Source: Pelagibacterales bacterium SAG-MED50
Lineage (GTDB): Bacteria > Pseudomonadota > Alphaproteobacteria > Pelagibacterales > Pelagibacteraceae
Assembly: GCA_014653385.1 (NCBI GenBank)
Contig: JACWER010000002.1
Coordinates: 60,258 to 124,257 of the forward strand
Length of the DNA: 64,000 bases
Direction: 5' to 3'
The position numbers were made by a program, and so were the translations under genes. Below the pieces are notes generated by a model. The model ran no database searches and was not told the DNA's origin. It saw only the letters and a program-made list of their open reading frames with translations. How positions within the stretch are numbered: position 1 is the stretch's first letter; every line of letters begins with the position of its first letter. Positions 1-9,203 of the stretch are shown here, piece after piece.

Positions 1-1068
1 ATAGAGCTTGATCTAGAACAAACAATAAAAGGAGGTTCTTATAAAATTGCTGGTAAAGTTAAAGATAACGAACAAAAGGATCCTCCTTATCTTTTTATCG
101 ATGATGAAAAGGTTAATGTAAATAATGACGGTTCTTTTGATTTTTCTATGTTTACATTAAATGATACTGAAGTAACAGTGCTTGCTGTTGATAAAAGAGG
201 AATACAAAAAGAAGTTGTTGTCAAAATTTTTGTAGAAAAACAAATTCAAACTGTAGAAAAACTTCAAAAATTAAATCCTGAAAAAATTAAATCTAAATTA
301 AAAAAAGATCGTCTAGCTGTAATTATTGGTATTGAAAAATATGTAACTATACAAAATGCAGCTTATGCAAAAAGTGATGCAGAATATTTTACAGAATATG
401 CAAAAAGAGCTTTTGGTATTGAGGGCAAAAATATTAAAACTTTAATAGATGATAAAGCAGATTTACTCTCATCAAAAAAAGCTTTGTTTAAATGGTTAAG
501 ACAAAAAATTAATAAAAATCAAACTGAAGTTTTTATATTTTATTCAGGACATGGACTAGCTAGTTTAAATGATGAAGAATTATTTTTGCTGACCAATGAT
601 AGTGATGGAGATTTTATTGAAGATTCAGCTCTATCTAGAACATCAATTATAGAAAGAGTAGCTTCATTTGAACCAAAAACAGTAACCATGTTTATTGATG
701 CTTGTTATAGTGGTGAAACTAGAGATTCTAATGATGATGAGCTTTTAATAGCATCAGCAAGACCAGTGAGAAAACTAGAAGATGATAGTCAATTACCAGA
801 TAATTTTAATATGTTTTCTGCATCACAAATTTCGCAAGCTTCGTCTTCTACTAAAAAGGAAACTGGTGTTAAGAATGGTATTTTCAGCTATTATTTGATG
901 AAAGGATTAGAAGGCAGTGCTGATATAAATAATGATAGAAAAATTACTAATGGTGAATTATATGAGTATCTTTCAATAAATGTTCCTAAAATCGCAAGAT
1001 CTTTACATAATAGAGATCAAGATCCTTTTTTTAAAGGAAATAGTGATTTAGTTTTAACAAGATTTTAA
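1..1068 (+). CDS. Caspase-family (peptidase C14) protein, 5' end outside the window; Ig-like beta segment precedes the peptidase domain
   Basis: Frame 1 is open from base 1 (IELDLEQTIKGGSYKIAGKV...) into the 148..1068 ORF; motifs LAVIIGIEKY, FYSGHG (His), FIDACYSG (Cys), GIFSYYLMKGLEG, DINNDRKITNGEL. Confidence 0.85.
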   Translation: MELDLEQTIKGGSYKIAGKVKDNEQKDPPYLFIDDEKVNVNNDGSFDFSMFTLNDTEVTVLAVDKRGIQKEVVVKIFVEKQIQTVEKLQKLNPEKIKSKLKKDRLAVIIGIEKYVTIQNAAYAKSDAEYFTEYAKRAFGIEGKNIKTLIDDKADLLSSKKALFKWLRQKINKNQTEVFIFYSGHGLASLNDEELFLLTNDSDGDFIEDSALSRTSIIERVASFEPKTVTMFIDACYSGETRDSNDDELLIASARPVRKLEDDSQLPDNFNMFSASQISQASSSTKKETGVKNGIFSYYLMKGLEGSADINNDRKITNGELYEYLSINVPKIARSLHNRDQDPFFKGNSDLVLTRF

Positions 1069-1085
1069 AGGTTAGTTATTAAGAT

Positions 1086-2348
1086 TTAAGCGCCACTAAA
1101 TTCAGCAACATATTGCTCTAACTCTTTGAAGGCTTCGGTATTTTTTAACTTATTAACTTGAGCTTTTACAGTTACATTAGTATCGATTTCAGTAATAAAG
1201 TTTTTGTAAGCAAGACTTACTGGATATTCAATCATAATAAAAGTTGTGTATTTTCCATTAGCTAACAGTGCCATTTTTGTTTTATAAACTTTATATCCTT
1301 TAATTGATGCATCTTTAATCACAATTGAAGTAATTCTTTCAGTTTCTCTTTTAAGTACAAGATCACCATCTACACCAGCTTCCTTAGCCATAATATTTAC
1401 TTTTCTATTAATTCTATTATTCAATTGCTGAGCTAATTTAATTAATGCATTTTCTATAGCTCTTTGCTCTGAATTATCTAAATCAGCAGATATTCCATTA
1501 CCTCTAGAATAAAGAACTGTTTCTGAACTAGCTGGAGGAGATTGATACCAATCTGGTATTTCAGCATTAATCTTAAATTCTTCTTCTTCTTTTAATTTTT
1601 TTAATTCTTCAACTTGTTTTCTAAGTGCTGCAATATACTCATCTTCAGATGTAAATTCATATTCTGACATAGGAGTTTCACCCATAAATAAAATTTCTTT
1701 TTTAACACCTTCAATAGCTTTTAATCTAGTTTGTTTCTTTTCTTCAGCTTTGGCTTTTTCTTCTTGTTTCTTTTTTGCCTCAGCTTTTTTTTCTTTTTTT
1801 TGTTTTTTGATATCTGCTATTTGTTTTTTTAGAGCTTTTATGGTTTCATCTGAGTCTATATCGCTAGTATCTATTATTGGTTCTTCGCCTAGTGAAGCTA
1901 TCTCATCTTTTAGCATTTCAATAGCAACTGCTATTTTTGCATCTTTTTTCTTTTTTTCCTCTGCTTCCTTTTTTTTAGCTTTTACATCTTCTAACAATTT
2001 TCTAAGAGCTATGATCTCTTCGTCTGCTTCCAATTCTTTTGCTTCTTCTGATAATGGTTTTTCACCTAATGCTTCTAATTCTTTTTTTATTTCACCTTTA
2101 ATAGCATCAATTTTTTTCAATTTTTCTAACTGAACTTCTAATTTTTCAATCCATTTGCTTAAAGAAGATAAAATATGTTTTCTTTTTTCAGGTTTGCCAC
2201 CAAGATCAATAATTTCTTTTTTTAATTCATTAATTTTTTCCCATCTAGGCGAATGATCATTAGCATAGGAAATTGACACAGATGATACACTGATTAATAT
2301 AGTGCACACAATAATACTTATTGATTTAAGAAATTTATTTAAGATCAT
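1086..2348 (-). CDS. Secreted coiled-coil repeat protein with C-terminal LPP20-like domain
   Basis: Signal peptide ending SYA-N; four helical repeats; C-terminal IPDWYQSPP...YSRGNG...AIENALIKLAQQL resembles LPP20-type domains. Confidence 0.55.
   Translation of the reverse strand: MILNKFLKSISIIVCTILISVSSVSISYANDHSPRWEKINELKKEIIDLGGKPEKRKHILSSLSKWIEKLEVQLEKLKKIDAIKGEIKKELEALGEKPLSEEAKELEADEEIIALRKLLEDVKAKKKEAEEKKKKDAKIAVAIEMLKDEIASLGEEPIIDTSDIDSDETIKALKKQIADIKKQKKEKKAEAKKKQEEKAKAEEKKQTRLKAIEGVKKEILFMGETPMSEYEFTSEDEYIAALRKQVEELKKLKEEEEFKINAEIPDWYQSPPASSETVLYSRGNGISADLDNSEQRAIENALIKLAQQLNNRINRKVNIMAKEAGVDGDLVLKRETERITSIVIKDASIKGYKVYKTKMALLANGKYTTFIMIEYPVSLAYKNFITEIDTNVTVKAQVNKLKNTEAFKELEQYVAEFSGA
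1590..2237 (-). repeat. Four protein-level repeats (xxLKxEIxxLGExP...ExIxALRKQIExLK)
   Basis: LKKEIIDLGGKP, IKKELEALGEKP, LKDEIASLGEEP, VKKEILFMGETP, each followed by a second amphipathic helix. Confidence 0.7.
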
Positions 2349-3121
2349 CTAATAAGCATATAACCAGAATAATGTTTTTCCATCAAGATATTTGTTTTTG
2401 AGAATTGTCTTTTTAATCCTTCAATTTGAGCATATTCATCAAGCCAATTAATAGGCTTTTCAGAAGCAACAAAAATAAAATACTCATCAACTTTATTCTT
2501 TTTAATTTCTTCAGGAAAATAAGCACTGTAGGCTAGTTCTAATTTTCCATTTACTAAATCATTGGTATTTTTATTGAAGTTTTCATTTGGAAAAATTTTT
2601 GTAATTACATTATATTTTTTTCCTCCATAAGGTAACCATTGAAAAATAGCCATATACATTTCTTTCGAAGTATTTATTTCAATCTTTACTTCTTCATTAG
2701 TTCTAAATATTTCTTCATTAAGCTTTACGTCAAAAAAGAAACTTGAGTCATTATTTTTTTTAATTGGAACCACATTCGCCTTAACTGTAACTTCACAAAA
2801 TCTTATTCCGTTTTCATCTTTTCCATCATCTTTTTCGATTATATTTAGACCAACTATATTTCCATTTAATTGAAATAAAGATAGTTGATTTCGCTCACAA
2901 TCATATTCACCATCAACTTCAGAACATTTAGAGACAACATCGGAGGATATTTCAATCCCTAAAGTTTCTCTAAGGGCTTTTTTTTGGGCCTTTTCGATTG
3001 CTATATTGCAGCTTTCATTAACTGAAAAATTCCCTAAGTGTTTATGCTTTTCAGATACTTCAACCCATTCTGCATTTGCTGGAAAAATAAATAATAGAAT
3101 TAAAATTAATAATCTTTTCAT
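2345..3121 (-). CDS. Secreted protein with C-terminal DUF4384-like beta domain
   Basis: Signal peptide (ANA-E); EIFRTNEEVKIEINTSKEMYMAIFQW...KIFPNE fits the DUF4384 pattern; overlaps the next gene by 4 nt. Confidence 0.55.
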   Translation of the reverse strand: MKRLLILILLFIFPANAEWVEVSEKHKHLGNFSVNESCNIAIEKAQKKALRETLGIEISSDVVSKCSEVDGEYDCERNQLSLFQLNGNIVGLNIIEKDDGKDENGIRFCEVTVKANVVPIKKNNDSSFFFDVKLNEEIFRTNEEVKIEINTSKEMYMAIFQWLPYGGKKYNVITKIFPNENFNKNTNDLVNGKLELAYSAYFPEEIKKNKVDEYFIFVASEKPINWLDEYAQIEGLKRQFSKTNILMEKHYSGYMLIR

Positions 3122-3182
3122 TAGTTACTTATTATTAAAGTCAAAATTAAAACAACTATTTCAATAGCAATTAAGGTATCCA

Positions 3183-4700
3183 TTATTTAGCTTCTGATAA
3201 AGTTGCAACTACAACTACACTTGGAAGCATTTTTTCATAGAGTGACGCTTTACTATATTTCTTTGAATTTGCAGGTGTAACTTTTTCATATTTGTGAACT
3301 TTATCAAGCATAGAACTTGAAATAGCATAGCCTAAATCTGTTGGACTTTTTCCATATTTTTTTTCTAAAGATTTATCAATTGATGCAAATGCAATGCCAA
3401 CTAAATTACCTTTTAAATTAAAAATTGGACCACCACTATTACCACTATTAATTGCAGCTGTTGTTATAAAAAACTCATCATTAAATGTTTTGCTGATTAC
3501 ACCTTGTGTTAACATTGGTATATATAATCCTTCACCAACGGCAGGGTAACCCATTACAATAACATCCTCTCCAGTTCGAGGTTTATCAAAATTTTTTGGT
3601 TCAAACGAATATTTTTTATCATATGGTTTTTCAAGTTCTAAAATTGCTAAATCATAATCTTTTGATGTTGCCACTACTTTTGCATATGAAACTTTTCCAA
3701 GACCATTTCTTACTGCAATTTTTTTAACTAAAATACCTTCTGGTTTAATTACATGGTTATTTGTTATTACATAATATCCCTCACCAATAATAATTCCACT
3801 TCCCCAGCCACTATGAGCAAAATTCCATTCCTCATAATTAGGAACAATTATATTATCGTTATATTCTGTTATTTCTTCTTCTTGATATTCTTCTTGTTCT
3901 TTTTTATCTTCTTTTTTAACTTTAACGGGTTTGTCAAAGTAGTTTGGATCAATAGATAATATCCAAGCTTTAGCTTGTTTTTGTTTATTTCTATTTCGGT
4001 TAAACTGGTAATATTGATAAACCTTTAATTTATACTCAATAGCTTTTTCTTTGTTTCCATCGAATAAGTAGAGGCTAGCAAGCTGGTTTAAAACTTTAAT
4101 ATTATTAGGGTCTCTTTTAATAAATTCTTCTAAAACTTTTATTGATTGAGCGCTATCATCAAAAGAGGAATAATAATCCGCTATGGCAAGAGCAACCTCT
4201 GCATCTTTTCTATTCTCATAGAGTTCATTTAATATTTTGATACTTTCTTCACCCTCACCAATTCTAGTTTTGGCAATTGCCAATATTATTTTAGGTCTAA
4301 TTTTATTAGAATTAATTTTGATAGATTTTTTCGCATAATTAATAGCATCATTTAATTTACCTTGGGCTAGTCTAACTTCTGCTAAACCAATGAATGTTCT
4401 AGCTTCAATTTCTTCATTAGAGGTAAAAAAGGTTTTTTGATAAAACTCTTCAGCTTTATCTATTTGATTAATTTTTAAATAAATATCTCCAAACAATATA
4501 TCAATTTTTTCTTGCTCATTTTCATTAGAGATTTTTATTTTCTTAATCTTTTTAATGGCTTCTTGTAAGTTATCTCTATTAATCTCAGCTCTAATTTCTC
4601 TTAAATCTTCGTTAAAACTAGCAGCACTAACAGGGTGAAAGTTAAGTAGTATAATTAAGCTTAAAAACAAGGTTAAATATCTTTTAAAAAGATCAGTCAT
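3183..4700 (-). CDS. Secreted TPR-repeat protein fused to a trypsin-like (S1C/HtrA-like) serine protease
   Basis: Signal peptide; TPR helices (LFGDIYLKINQIDKAEEFYQK; GLAEVRLAQGKLNDAINYAKKS); triad motifs ITNNHVI, DYDLAILEL, INSGNSGGPIFN; no PDZ domain. Confidence 0.85.
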   Translation of the reverse strand: MTDLFKRYLTLFLSLIILLNFHPVSAASFNEDLREIRAEINRDNLQEAIKKIKKIKISNENEQEKIDILFGDIYLKINQIDKAEEFYQKTFFTSNEEIEARTFIGLAEVRLAQGKLNDAINYAKKSIKINSNKIRPKIILAIAKTRIGEGEESIKILNELYENRKDAEVALAIADYYSSFDDSAQSIKVLEEFIKRDPNNIKVLNQLASLYLFDGNKEKAIEYKLKVYQYYQFNRNRNKQKQAKAWILSIDPNYFDKPVKVKKEDKKEQEEYQEEEITEYNDNIIVPNYEEWNFAHSGWGSGIIIGEGYYVITNNHVIKPEGILVKKIAVRNGLGKVSYAKVVATSKDYDLAILELEKPYDKKYSFEPKNFDKPRTGEDVIVMGYPAVGEGLYIPMLTQGVISKTFNDEFFITTAAINSGNSGGPIFNLKGNLVGIAFASIDKSLEKKYGKSPTDLGYAISSSMLDKVHKYEKVTPANSKKYSKASLYEKMLPSVVVVATLSEAK

Positions 4701-4778
4701 AATTCATCTTAATTCAGTAATTAATAAATTCAATAATCGAATTAATGAAAAAACTACAGTATTTGATAAGGTAATCCT

Positions 4779-4919
4779 ATGAAACGCTTACTAGCATATC
4801 TGTTCATCGTTCTTGCTTACATGGATGAAAATGTATCTCAGAAGGCAGCAGAACAGGGTAGAGAACAAAATCCATCGCTTGCAGGTGATCCTGATAAAGT
4901 TTTAATGAGTTATCGTTAA
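4779..4919 (+). pseudogene. 46-aa mini ORF, probable gene remnant (signal-peptide start joined to unrelated tail)
   Basis: MKRLLAYLFIVLAYMDENVSQKAAEQGREQNPSLAGDPDKVLMSYR*, AAGG 8 nt upstream; below ORF-track cutoff. Confidence 0.35.
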
Positions 4920-5031
4920 ATTTTTTCTTATAAGATAATGTCTGTACTATTCTCGATCGAAAAACGTGTTTTCCTGAATTTTTTATTATAACTAACTGTA
5001 TTTATTGATATATTAATGCTGATGCATGGAG

Positions 5032-5091
5032 TTGCTAAATGACCGTGCGAGGAAACTTGTACCGAGGGTTCGAATCCCTCCTCTTCCGCCA
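5032..5091 (+). mobile_element. 3' half of tRNA-Ser(GCT), probable att site at the right end of a tRNA-integrated island
   Basis: TTGCTAA anticodon loop, ATGAC, long variable arm GTGCGAG-GAAA-CTTGTAC, T-arm GAGGGTTCGAATCCCTC, CTCTTCCGCCA; the complementary 5' half (GGAAGAG, D-arm, GTCAT) is absent upstream. Confidence 0.8.
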
Positions 5092-7311
5092 TTAAAATAA
5101 TGGATGGTCCTTAAAAAAATCTTTCATAGGGATTGGTTTTTTTTCCAATATATATCTATACACATTATAATTCTCTAAAACCCGCTGCACATAATTCCTA
5201 GTTTCTCGAAATTTAATTAACTCCACCCAATCAACATAATTAATTTGTTTTTTTTGAGGATTTTTATTAATTTTCTTCCAATACTTAACTCTATTGGGGC
5301 CAGCATTATAAGCGGCAGTAGCAAAAGGGTAGGCACCATCATATTGGAGTATCAAACCAGCAATGTAGTGAGATCCTAAATTAATATTATATTCTGGATC
5401 AGTTGTTAATCTTGATTTTACGTAAGGTAGTTTAGCTTGTTTTGAAACTAGTTTTGCAGTGTAAGGCATTAGTTGCATTAAACCTTTTGCTCCAGCATGA
5501 CTATTTGCACTTAAATCAAATTCACTTTCTTGCCGTATAATAGAAAGAATAAAAGCACTTTCTGGAATTTTTCTACCATTAATAGTTTTAGGTGTACTAA
5601 TTATTGGATAATTAAATTTATTATGAAATCTTTTTTGGTAAGAAGCTATCTTAGATACTTGTATTGCAAAATCATATCTTTCAATATTTGTTGCAAGTTC
5701 AGCAGCTAAAACTTCACTACCTTTGGTTATATTGTCATTTGCAAGATGTCTTAAAATAAATTTGGTATATTTGTCTTTTTTTAATTCATCCAAAAGGTAG
5801 ACAATTTTTACTAGTTCTTTGTTAAAAAATAGATAACGGTATTTGTTATCAACTTCCATATCATCTTTAAGTTCAAATTTTCCATTAGGATTTAATTTTA
5901 AAAAAGCTAATTGACCATAATAGGTAGTTAAATATTTTGATGCTTCTTGATACCATTTATTAGATTGTTCTCTGTCACCTAATTTTTCATAAGATCTAGC
6001 AACCCAATAAGCACCTCTAGATGTGCTGATAGGATAGCTTACGTTATTATAAAAATTTTGAAAATGATCTTTTGCAATTAAGGGATCATTTAAAAAACTT
6101 AGAGAAATCCACCCACTCATCCATTCAGCTGCCGCAAAATTAGACCCTTCAGTCATTCCATGATTACTTGATATTTTATAAGCAGTCTCATATTTCTTTT
6201 TATAAATAAGTGCTCTTGAAATTATTTCTCGCTCTTTCCACCATTTATCAGGCATTACTAAATAATCTTTATCATTTCTAATTTTTAGTAAAATTTCTAC
6301 AGATGAATCTACACGACCTTTTTTTCTTCTCCATTTTAAACGGTCATAATTTAACCCAGCATCATTTTTAAATTTTTGTGGAACATTTTTGATTGCTTGA
6401 TCTACACCGTAACCTTTGCTGATTAATACTTGTCTTGCTGTGTATAAAAGCTCATAATCTTTAGGTAGATATCTAGTTAGTCTTTTAAGATCCCAATATT
6501 TACCATTCCAGGCTAAATAATCAGCTCTTTTAATATAATCCTCAGCATTAAGGTATTTTTTAAATTTTTTTCTAAAAAATTTTAAATCATTCTTAGACAG
6601 TTTAGCGGTAATCCATCCATCTTTTATTAAATTTGTTCCTTTTGCTTTGTCACCACTTAAAATATAGCTTTCACCAAGTATCATTTTGCCATATCCACTT
6701 AATGGATCTTTTTGATTAAACCAGTTGATTATTTTTTTTGGTGATACTTGAGATGTAGATAATTTATGTTCAGCAAGAAATCTCAGTTTATCAATACGAG
6801 GATATTGACTATTACGATCTATAAAAACTTTGTAATCATAAAAAGAGGCTTGATTTCCAGGGGTTGATAAGTGTCGCCATTGAATAAAATTATATATTGA
6901 TTTATCTTTAGCTTTTTTGGCTATTTTTAATGAAGATGACCACCTACTTTTTTGCATCTCTGAAATTGCTTTTCTTGCTATATTAAAATCTTTCTTACTG
7001 TAGTATTTTGATATTTTGACACTTCTCGACTCAGTTAAGCCAACTATAGAGGGTTTTTTTTTAGGAATTTTAAATGATAATTTTTTATCCTTTTTTACTT
7101 CTTTAATTTTCTTTTCTACAATTTTTATACTTTCAGTTTTTTTTGGCTTCTTTAGTGGTTTTAAAATGTTTTTAGATATTTTGTCTTTAAATTCATCATC
7201 AGAAAGAGATGGTTTTTTAAGAGGAATTACTAAACCTGTTTCAGCTGAAACATAATTAACATTTACTGAGATTAATATTAACAAGCAAAGAAATAATAAT
7301 TTTTTAAGCAT
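5092..7311 (-). CDS. slt: Soluble lytic murein transglycosylase (Slt70-like)
   Basis: IIRQESEF, GAKGLMQLMPYTA, AAYNAGP, ETRNYVQRV. Confidence 0.93.
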   Translation of the reverse strand: MLKKLLFLCLLILISVNVNYVSAETGLVIPLKKPSLSDDEFKDKISKNILKPLKKPKKTESIKIVEKKIKEVKKDKKLSFKIPKKKPSIVGLTESRSVKISKYYSKKDFNIARKAISEMQKSRWSSSLKIAKKAKDKSIYNFIQWRHLSTPGNQASFYDYKVFIDRNSQYPRIDKLRFLAEHKLSTSQVSPKKIINWFNQKDPLSGYGKMILGESYILSGDKAKGTNLIKDGWITAKLSKNDLKFFRKKFKKYLNAEDYIKRADYLAWNGKYWDLKRLTRYLPKDYELLYTARQVLISKGYGVDQAIKNVPQKFKNDAGLNYDRLKWRRKKGRVDSSVEILLKIRNDKDYLVMPDKWWKEREIISRALIYKKKYETAYKISSNHGMTEGSNFAAAEWMSGWISLSFLNDPLIAKDHFQNFYNNVSYPISTSRGAYWVARSYEKLGDREQSNKWYQEASKYLTTYYGQLAFLKLNPNGKFELKDDMEVDNKYRYLFFNKELVKIVYLLDELKKDKYTKFILRHLANDNITKGSEVLAAELATNIERYDFAIQVSKIASYQKRFHNKFNYPIISTPKTINGRKIPESAFILSIIRQESEFDLSANSHAGAKGLMQLMPYTAKLVSKQAKLPYVKSRLTTDPEYNINLGSHYIAGLILQYDGAYPFATAAYNAGPNRVKYWKKINKNPQKKQINYVDWVELIKFRETRNYVQRVLENYNVYRYILEKKPIPMKDFFKDHPLF

Positions 7312-7354
7312 AATGTTTTAGTATATGAATCTATAAACTATGTTATAAGTATTT

Positions 7355-8236
7355 ATGTTCAAAGGATCAAATGTTGCTTTAATTACACCATTTAAAAATA
7401 ATGGTCTTGATGAGGAGGCGTATATAAAATTAATTCATTTTCATATGGATAATGGTACTAGCGGCCTAGTACCTGCTGGAACTACAGGTGAGTCCCCAAC
7501 TCTTAGTCATGAAGAACACCAAAGAGTTATTGATTTGTGCATAAAAGAAAGTAATGGAAAAATACCTGTCATTGCTGGAACTGGCTCCAATTCAACAGAA
7601 GAAGCTATTTCCTTAACTTCTCATGCTGAAAAAGTCGGCGCAAACGGTGCTTTAATTGTTACGCCTTATTATAACAAGCCGACTCAAGAAGGTTTGTATC
7701 AACACTATAAAGCAATTAATGATAAATGTGGGATTCCAATTATAATTTACAATATACCTGGTAGGTCAGTAATTGATATGTCCGTTGACACAATGGCAAA
7801 ACTTTTTGAATTAAAAAATATTGTTGGTGTGAAAGATGCTACGGGTGATCTTGATAGAGTTGATCAACAACTATCAAAAATGGGAAAAGAATTTATTCAA
7901 TTAACGGGTAATGATGATAATGCCTTTGAATTCAATAAAAGAGGAGGTGTTGGAACTATTAGTGTAACTGCTAATATTGCTCCTAAATTATGTTCTGATT
8001 TTCAAAAACTTTCGGTTTCTAATGATCAAAACGAAATTAGTGAGGCTGATAAATTAGATAAAATTTTACAACCAGTGCATAGTGCAATGTTTATTGAAAG
8101 CAATCCAAGTCCAGTAAAGTATGCTGCTAAATTGATGAACTTATGTGATGATGTTGTAAGATTGCCATTAGTTAAAACATCTGAGAATGCTAAACCTACT
8201 ATTAAAAAAGCTTTAGAGACAGCAAAATTGATTTAA
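7355..8236 (+). CDS. dapA: 4-hydroxy-tetrahydrodipicolinate synthase
   Basis: GTTGES, PYYNKP, YNIPGRS, GVKDATG. Confidence 0.97.
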   Translation: MFKGSNVALITPFKNNGLDEEAYIKLIHFHMDNGTSGLVPAGTTGESPTLSHEEHQRVIDLCIKESNGKIPVIAGTGSNSTEEAISLTSHAEKVGANGALIVTPYYNKPTQEGLYQHYKAINDKCGIPIIIYNIPGRSVIDMSVDTMAKLFELKNIVGVKDATGDLDRVDQQLSKMGKEFIQLTGNDDNAFEFNKRGGVGTISVTANIAPKLCSDFQKLSVSNDQNEISEADKLDKILQPVHSAMFIESNPSPVKYAAKLMNLCDDVVRLPLVKTSENAKPTIKKALETAKLI

Positions 8237-8706
8237 TGAATAAAAAAACCAATCCTGGTTTAAAAATTATTTGTTTGAACAGAAAGGCTAGCTTTAATTA
8301 TTTTTTTGAAGATCTTTTAGAAGCAGGAATTGTACTTAAAGGATCTGAAATTAAATCAATTAGAGATGGCAAGATTAATATTGCAGATTCTTATGCTGTT
8401 GAAAAAAATGGTGAATTAATTTTAATTAACTCTCATATATCAGCTTATAAGCAGGCAAGTTACTCAAATCATAATCCAACAGACGAAAGAAAACTTTTGT
8501 TAAATAAAAAAGAAATTAATAAATTAATTGGTAAAATGCAAAGGGATGGACTTACTATTGTTCCCACAAAAATGTATTTTAAAAAGGGAAAAGCTAAAGT
8601 TGAATTAGCCGTTGCAAAAGGAAAAAAGCAATTTGATAAAAGAGCCACAAAAAAGAATAGAGACTGGAACCGTGAAAAAGCAAGATATATCAGAAAATCA
8701 AGCTAA
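8236..8706 (+). CDS. smpB: SsrA-binding protein
   Basis: [35 protein letters not shown]. Confidence 0.97.
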   Translation: MNKKTNPGLKIICLNRKASFNYFFEDLLEAGIVLKGSEIKSIRDGKINIADSYAVEKNGELILINSHISAYKQASYSNHNPTDERKLLLNKKEINKLIGKMQRDGLTIVPTKMYFKKGKAKVELAVAKGKKQFDKRATKKNRDWNREKARYIRKSS

Positions 8707-9184
8707 AAATGTTTTCTTAGGAATTGGCTCTAATTTAGGAAATAGAATTATAAATATTGAAAAAGCAAAATCACTTTTATTGGAAAATCGTATAGATTTT
8801 ATATCTGTATCAAATTATTACGAAACTCCTTCATGGCCAGATCCAAAAAAACCAAAATTTATAAATATTGTATTAAAAGTTACCTGCGAGCAAAAACCTC
8901 AAGAAATGATTAATTTATGTAAACTTATAGAAGTTAAATTAGGCAGAAGGAAATCTCCTAAAAATTCACCAAGAATTTGCGATATAGATATCATTGACTT
9001 TGACGGTTTGGTTTTGAGAGATGAACTATGTCTTCCTCATGCAAGAATGCATGAAAGAAATTTTGTTTTATTGCCTTTATTTGAGATCGAAAAAGAGTGG
9101 GTTCACCCAATTAAAAATGTTAACATAAAAAAGTTAATTTTTTCCCTACCAAATAAAGATATTAGATCTATTAAACAAATTTGA
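8672..9184 (+). CDS. folK: 2-amino-4-hydroxy-6-hydroxymethyldihydropteridine diphosphokinase (start set at GTG 8672)
   Basis: [34 protein letters not shown]. Confidence 0.92.
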   Translation: MKKQDISENQAKNVFLGIGSNLGNRIINIEKAKSLLLENRIDFISVSNYYETPSWPDPKKPKFINIVLKVTCEQKPQEMINLCKLIEVKLGRRKSPKNSPRICDIDIIDFDGLVLRDELCLPHARMHERNFVLLPLFEIEKEWVHPIKNVNIKKLIFSLPNKDIRSIKQI

Positions 9185-9203
9185 ATTAATGTTATAATAA
9201 ATA

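Noticed and set aside
1750-2133. 127-aa Phe/Ser-rich + strand ORF
   Set aside because: Antisense shadow of the Lys/Glu-rich repeat gene
5000-5091. Complete tRNA-Ser(GCT)
   Set aside because: No 5' acceptor strand, D-arm or 5' anticodon stem; only the 3' half is present
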